From positions 3,968,001 to 4,032,000 of the forward strand of contig CM000152.2 of the NCBI GenBank assembly GCA_000004695.1: a stretch of DNA of 64,000 bases, written 5' to 3'. Position numbers and translations under genes: made by a program. This document shows, in pieces, positions 63,530 through 64,000 of the stretch (the stretch's first letter is position 1; each line of letters starts with the position of its first letter). This stretch comes from Dictyostelium discoideum (lineage: Eukaryota). The notes beneath the pieces were generated by a model. That model worked only from the letters and a program-made list of their open reading frames with translations, made no database searches and was not told the DNA's origin.

Positions 63530-63531
<2 letters not shown>
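61591..63531 (-). CDS. PA14-domain protein with Dicty_CTDC Cys-rich repeats and a Thr/Ser-rich mucin-like segment (psi-family-like secreted protein). Exons (minus) 63531..63282, 63190..62888, 62782..61591. The 5' end is tentative.
   Basis: PA14 across exons 1-2: ..SMVYVAGDQPTPDFGNNVILIDNETTFNQWTRVINPDITFGGQYEVPEIKSGYYNRSFFPG|VDNIGFGNEGEEHNFKWCVRIRFDSLLNPGNISTTLKVTHSDDIFIFVRGKLIFTYLG.. Donors GTTAGT (63281..63276) and GTAATT (62887..62882); acceptors TTTTATAG (63192..63191) and TTTTATAG (62784..62783); phases 1 and 2. Exon 3: CNGDNTTCNCFEGINC..CDDNNHCTIDSCDTNVGC..CDHPNPCILGGCDSDNGEC.. (Dicty_CTDC-type repeats), then TTSTTASPTSTTATTTSPTSTT.., then a Cys-rich C-terminus. Confidence 0.65.
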
Positions 63532-63575
<44 letters not shown>

Positions 63576-64000
63576 GGATTAGAACAGTTAATTATCAAGA
63601 TGTTTTTTTTAAAAGTTAAATAAAGAGAAGAATTAATTACTTTTGAGAAATCTGGGTTTTTTATATCATTTGTATCAAACCAAAATAAAGTTTGGCCTAT
63701 TTAAATTTAATTATTGATTAGTAATTTTTTTTTTTTTTTTTTTTTTTCTTTATACACATTACAATTTATTCTTAAAACTATTAAAAAACATATTAAAAGA
63801 TATGCCTTCATTTTTCATAGGTAGAGAAATAATTAATGAATGTAATGAAATTTATTTATGCTATTTACTTTTTTCTTTTTTTTTTTAAAATTAATTAAAT
63901 TTGTAGAATGTAATAACCCCACACCCCTTCACCCAAATCTTTTTTTTTTTTTTTTATTTTTTTTATTCAATATTTGATTTCTTATTAAATTTTTATGTTA

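Overview
This window is nuclear genomic DNA with the hallmarks of Dictyostelium discoideum. It is very AT-rich, with long A/T homopolymer runs between genes. Introns are short (about 80-130 bp), start with GTAAGT/GTAAAT/GTATGT and end in (T)nAG. Coding regions carry poly-Gln (CAA)n and poly-Asn (AAT)n tracts, and several products belong to Dictyostelium-specific families (FNIP repeats, Dicty_CTDC repeats, hssA/2C/7E-like small proteins). I could build about 25 protein-coding gene models by hand, with splice junctions read from the sequence.

Genes on the + strand, in order: Sin3 co-repressor (5'-partial); a LASP-like LIM plus nebulin-like-repeat gene; proteasome lid subunit Rpn5/psmD12; two tandem intronless class-I SAM methyltransferases; an IPT/TIG + EGF secreted protein; a 2285-aa RNA-dependent RNA polymerase with an N-terminal Dicer-like DExH helicase (rrpA/B/C family); a METTL21-like methyltransferase; an hssA-like small Gly/Ser/Cys-rich protein; a PAP2-family membrane protein; D-3-phosphoglycerate dehydrogenase (serA); a DegP/HtrA protease.

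Genes on the - strand: a DH-domain RhoGEF; WDR4 (tRNA m7G methyltransferase subunit); a GPI-anchored secreted protein; a FNIP-repeat protein; an unknown ORF with atypical codon usage; a tandem array of cysteine proteases with carbohydrate-binding repeats inside the pro-region (two intact copies and one decayed copy); a PA14 + Dicty_CTDC (psi-family-like) gene.

Non-coding features: two identical tRNA-Ala(AGC) genes in inverted orientation about 21 kb apart, each with an ex-B box 29 nt downstream. A 5'-truncated TRE3-type tRNA-targeted non-LTR retrotransposon sits just downstream of the second tRNA, flanked by a 14-15 bp target-site duplication. A roughly 1.2 kb non-coding repeat family is present in three copies, two direct and one inverted partial. 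There are several microsatellites.

I found no prokaryotic-style system (no CRISPR array, no operons). Points worth a second look are listed in the findings.
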